This document shows, piece by piece, positions 62,025 to 64,000 of a stretch of 64,000 nucleotides of DNA. Position 1 is the first letter of the stretch. Every line of letters begins with the position of its first letter. The notes beneath the pieces were generated by a model. It worked only from the letters and a program-made list of their open reading frames with translations. It made no database searches and was not told the DNA's origin. The position numbers and the translations under genes were made by a program. Origin of the DNA: Leucoraja ocellata (lineage: Eukaryota); NCBI GenBank assembly GCA_036785375.1, contig JAWMAR010000321.1, forward strand, positions 992,001 through 1,056,000, written 5' to 3'.

Positions 62025-62794
62025 ACTTCCTTTCTATTATTTGGATGATTCACATTTATGCGCAGAGCAGCAATAAAGTGGTTCGTGGATGCCTCGAGGA
62101 GTAGTTTCATTTTAGCCGGTGTAAAATGCTGCTGGGATTGTGTTTCCCACCAATTTTTATTTTTAATTTCAGTGGAAATCAACTGAATCAACAAACTGTA
62201 ACTAGTCCAATATTTCCAATTTTATATTGCATCAGGTGTCTGGGGTCTAACAACTGAATTTCTGAGCTTTTTTTCCAGGAAGAAAAATGTCTATGCCTTT
62301 TGTTAGGAGAGGTTACATTTAATTTAACTACTTTAAATTAAATGGGGAGATGAGGCAAAGAAAATGCAGATTTAAATTGTTAAAAAGTAACAGAAAGACT
62401 GAGTCAAGTCCTTCATCCAGACTATGATATCCAGAATGTAATTAACTATATGCAGAGTAAATGGAGGCAAGGCTGGGATTACTTTGGAAACAATTGGAAT
62501 GACTACTGTGGGAAGTACTGGATTTTCAGACAAATTACAATGGGCCGAATAGTCATAGATCTAGATTTTGGTTACTTGTATGAAAGGAAGCACCACTTGA
62601 ATAAAATGGCCTAAACTACTGAGGTTGCTTAGTTTTTGCATTTTGTTGAAAACTGTCATGGTTGAAGCTAGTTCAGTTTAGAGCTCCATAAATGATGGTC
62701 ATAAACAGCAAATAATTTAGGTTACTTGACAATATGATATACCACATGTAAAACAAATAACGTTCACACTGTCTGCTTATTCTCCTCTGTACAG

Positions 62795-62800
62795 CTGGAA
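62795..62800 (+). other. Candidate 6-nt microexon (CTGGAA) of an unidentified host gene
   Basis: ttctcctctgtacag|CTGGAA|gtaagt; ~70-nt AG-free zone; upstream TGC and a branch-like ttcac. Confidence 0.4.
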
Positions 62801-63180
62801 GTAAGTAAACATTTTCTTTCATTTAAACAGAGCTGTGTTTTAAACGGCAAAGATTTACAGTGAGACATTGCAGTTCTGTATCATCATTCTTACCAAATTT
62901 TTTTTGGAAGCCTTATATGGTTTGCTACAACAGGATGATAGTCTGGTCTCATAACTTGCAATAAATACTGCAAGATACATTTCTTTCACTTGCATAATGA
63001 CTGGTGTACCATATCAGGTTAGTAACAAAACTTGCATCTATGACCATCTGGATTTCAAACCGGATAAACCCAGTATTTCAAGAAGGTGAGTCTCATTTGA
63101 TGTTCCTTTGCTTTAGATCCCGAAGAGGATTACGCTGGGGAAATTGACACCTTAATCCTCGACAGAATATCTTACATTAC

Positions 63181-63391
63181 TCATTTCTCCAATTTTAGGT
63201 AGTCCCTGCTTTCTCCTTCTTTCCCCTTCCCTTCCCAGCTCTCCCATAGCCCACTGCCTCTTCCTTTCTTCTTCCCGCCCCCCACCCCCACATCAGTCTG
63301 AAGAAGGGACGTCTCAACCCGAAACGTCGCCCATTTCCTTTGCTCCATAGATGCTGCCTCACTCACTGAGTTTCTCCATCATTTTTGTCAT
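63181..63391 (+). mobile_element. PLE 3' end with pLTR hammerhead motif (~63298-63330)
   Basis: ttctccaattttaggtag (FSNFR*), UTR, ctgaagaagggacgtctcaacccgaaacgtc; TSD tcttaca(t/c)tac at 63170-63180 and 63392-63402. Confidence 0.88.
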
Positions 63392-63820
63392 TCTTACACT
63401 ACCTCCAACAAAATTATAAGCCTGTTTTTATTTTTAAATGTCTGAATTTTTATACAAGTTACATTCAGAGCAAGTCTTCTTGCTACCTGTATGTTTACAA
63501 TGCGACTAACATTGTGGGTTTAAAATTAGATTGCTTAGTGGTGTTACTCCAAAATGCCGACCCTTTCTTTCTTTCTTCAGCACCCTGAATTCAGCCTTGG
63601 TATCTGAATGCCCCATTGAATTCACTCATTACCCCCACATCCTCCAGTGTCCCAGGGCTCAAAACAACAGTTGTGCAAATGTACAGTGACTGTTCAGTCA
63701 TGCTACTGAAGTTTGCCGCAATGAGCCCTCGACCAAAATGGTGGTTGGTGTACTGCTTCCATATTCATATGTCCAGAGCAAATCTTCCTCAATATAATAA
63801 TACATCTGCTTAACTAGAAC

Positions 63821-63967
63821 CCTGGGATGGGAGATTGCAACCTTCACATGGTCCGCCTTGTTTCGACGAATGCAATCAAACTGGGGTGCACAATCAAATA
63901 AGATCAAATAGAACAAGTTGTCCGACAACTTTAGGCTGTGCACGCCATATGCAAGAAGAAGAAGAAG
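63821..63967 (+). mobile_element. Short non-LTR 3' end with (GAA)n tail (RTE-like)
   Basis: TSD actagaac (63813-63820, 63968-63975); ends gccatatgcaagaagaagaagaag. Confidence 0.7.
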
Positions 63968-64000
63968 ACTAGAACTCTACCAAAACATATGGGCCTGGAA

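Noticed and set aside
63018-63092. Possible exon ending at aag|gtgagt
   Set aside because: Good donor but poor acceptor, and no recognisable peptide in any frame
63576-63597. REST/NRSE site (ttcagcacc; also ~31722)
   Set aside because: Only the left half-site; the GGACAG half is missing

Overview
This window is vertebrate non-coding DNA, an intron or gene desert. The repeat complement points to an elasmobranch, probably a skate or ray (inference). No host protein-coding ORF is supportable, and most ORF-track entries are chance ORFs or decayed transposon fragments. Much of the window is mobile DNA: CR1 and Rex1/Babar LINE fragments, HE1-type V-SINEs, DeuSINE relics, Penelope-like elements (PLEs; one with an open RT-C-terminus/GIY-YIG frame), a solo LTR, PIF/Harbinger, hAT and Tc1/mariner MITEs, and a family of non-tRNA, Rex-tailed short elements. 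The most interesting signal is about a dozen minimal hammerhead-ribozyme motifs (CUGAAGA-A-stem II-GAAAC-GUH) in PLE termini. They occur as ~75-110 nt stand-alone insertions starting at the ribozyme, and as TSD-flanked palindromes carrying a hammerhead on each strand. Also present are a candidate 6-nt microexon, a strong CTCF motif and several TE-free blocks resembling conserved enhancers. Boundaries were read by eye and are approximate unless a TSD is given.
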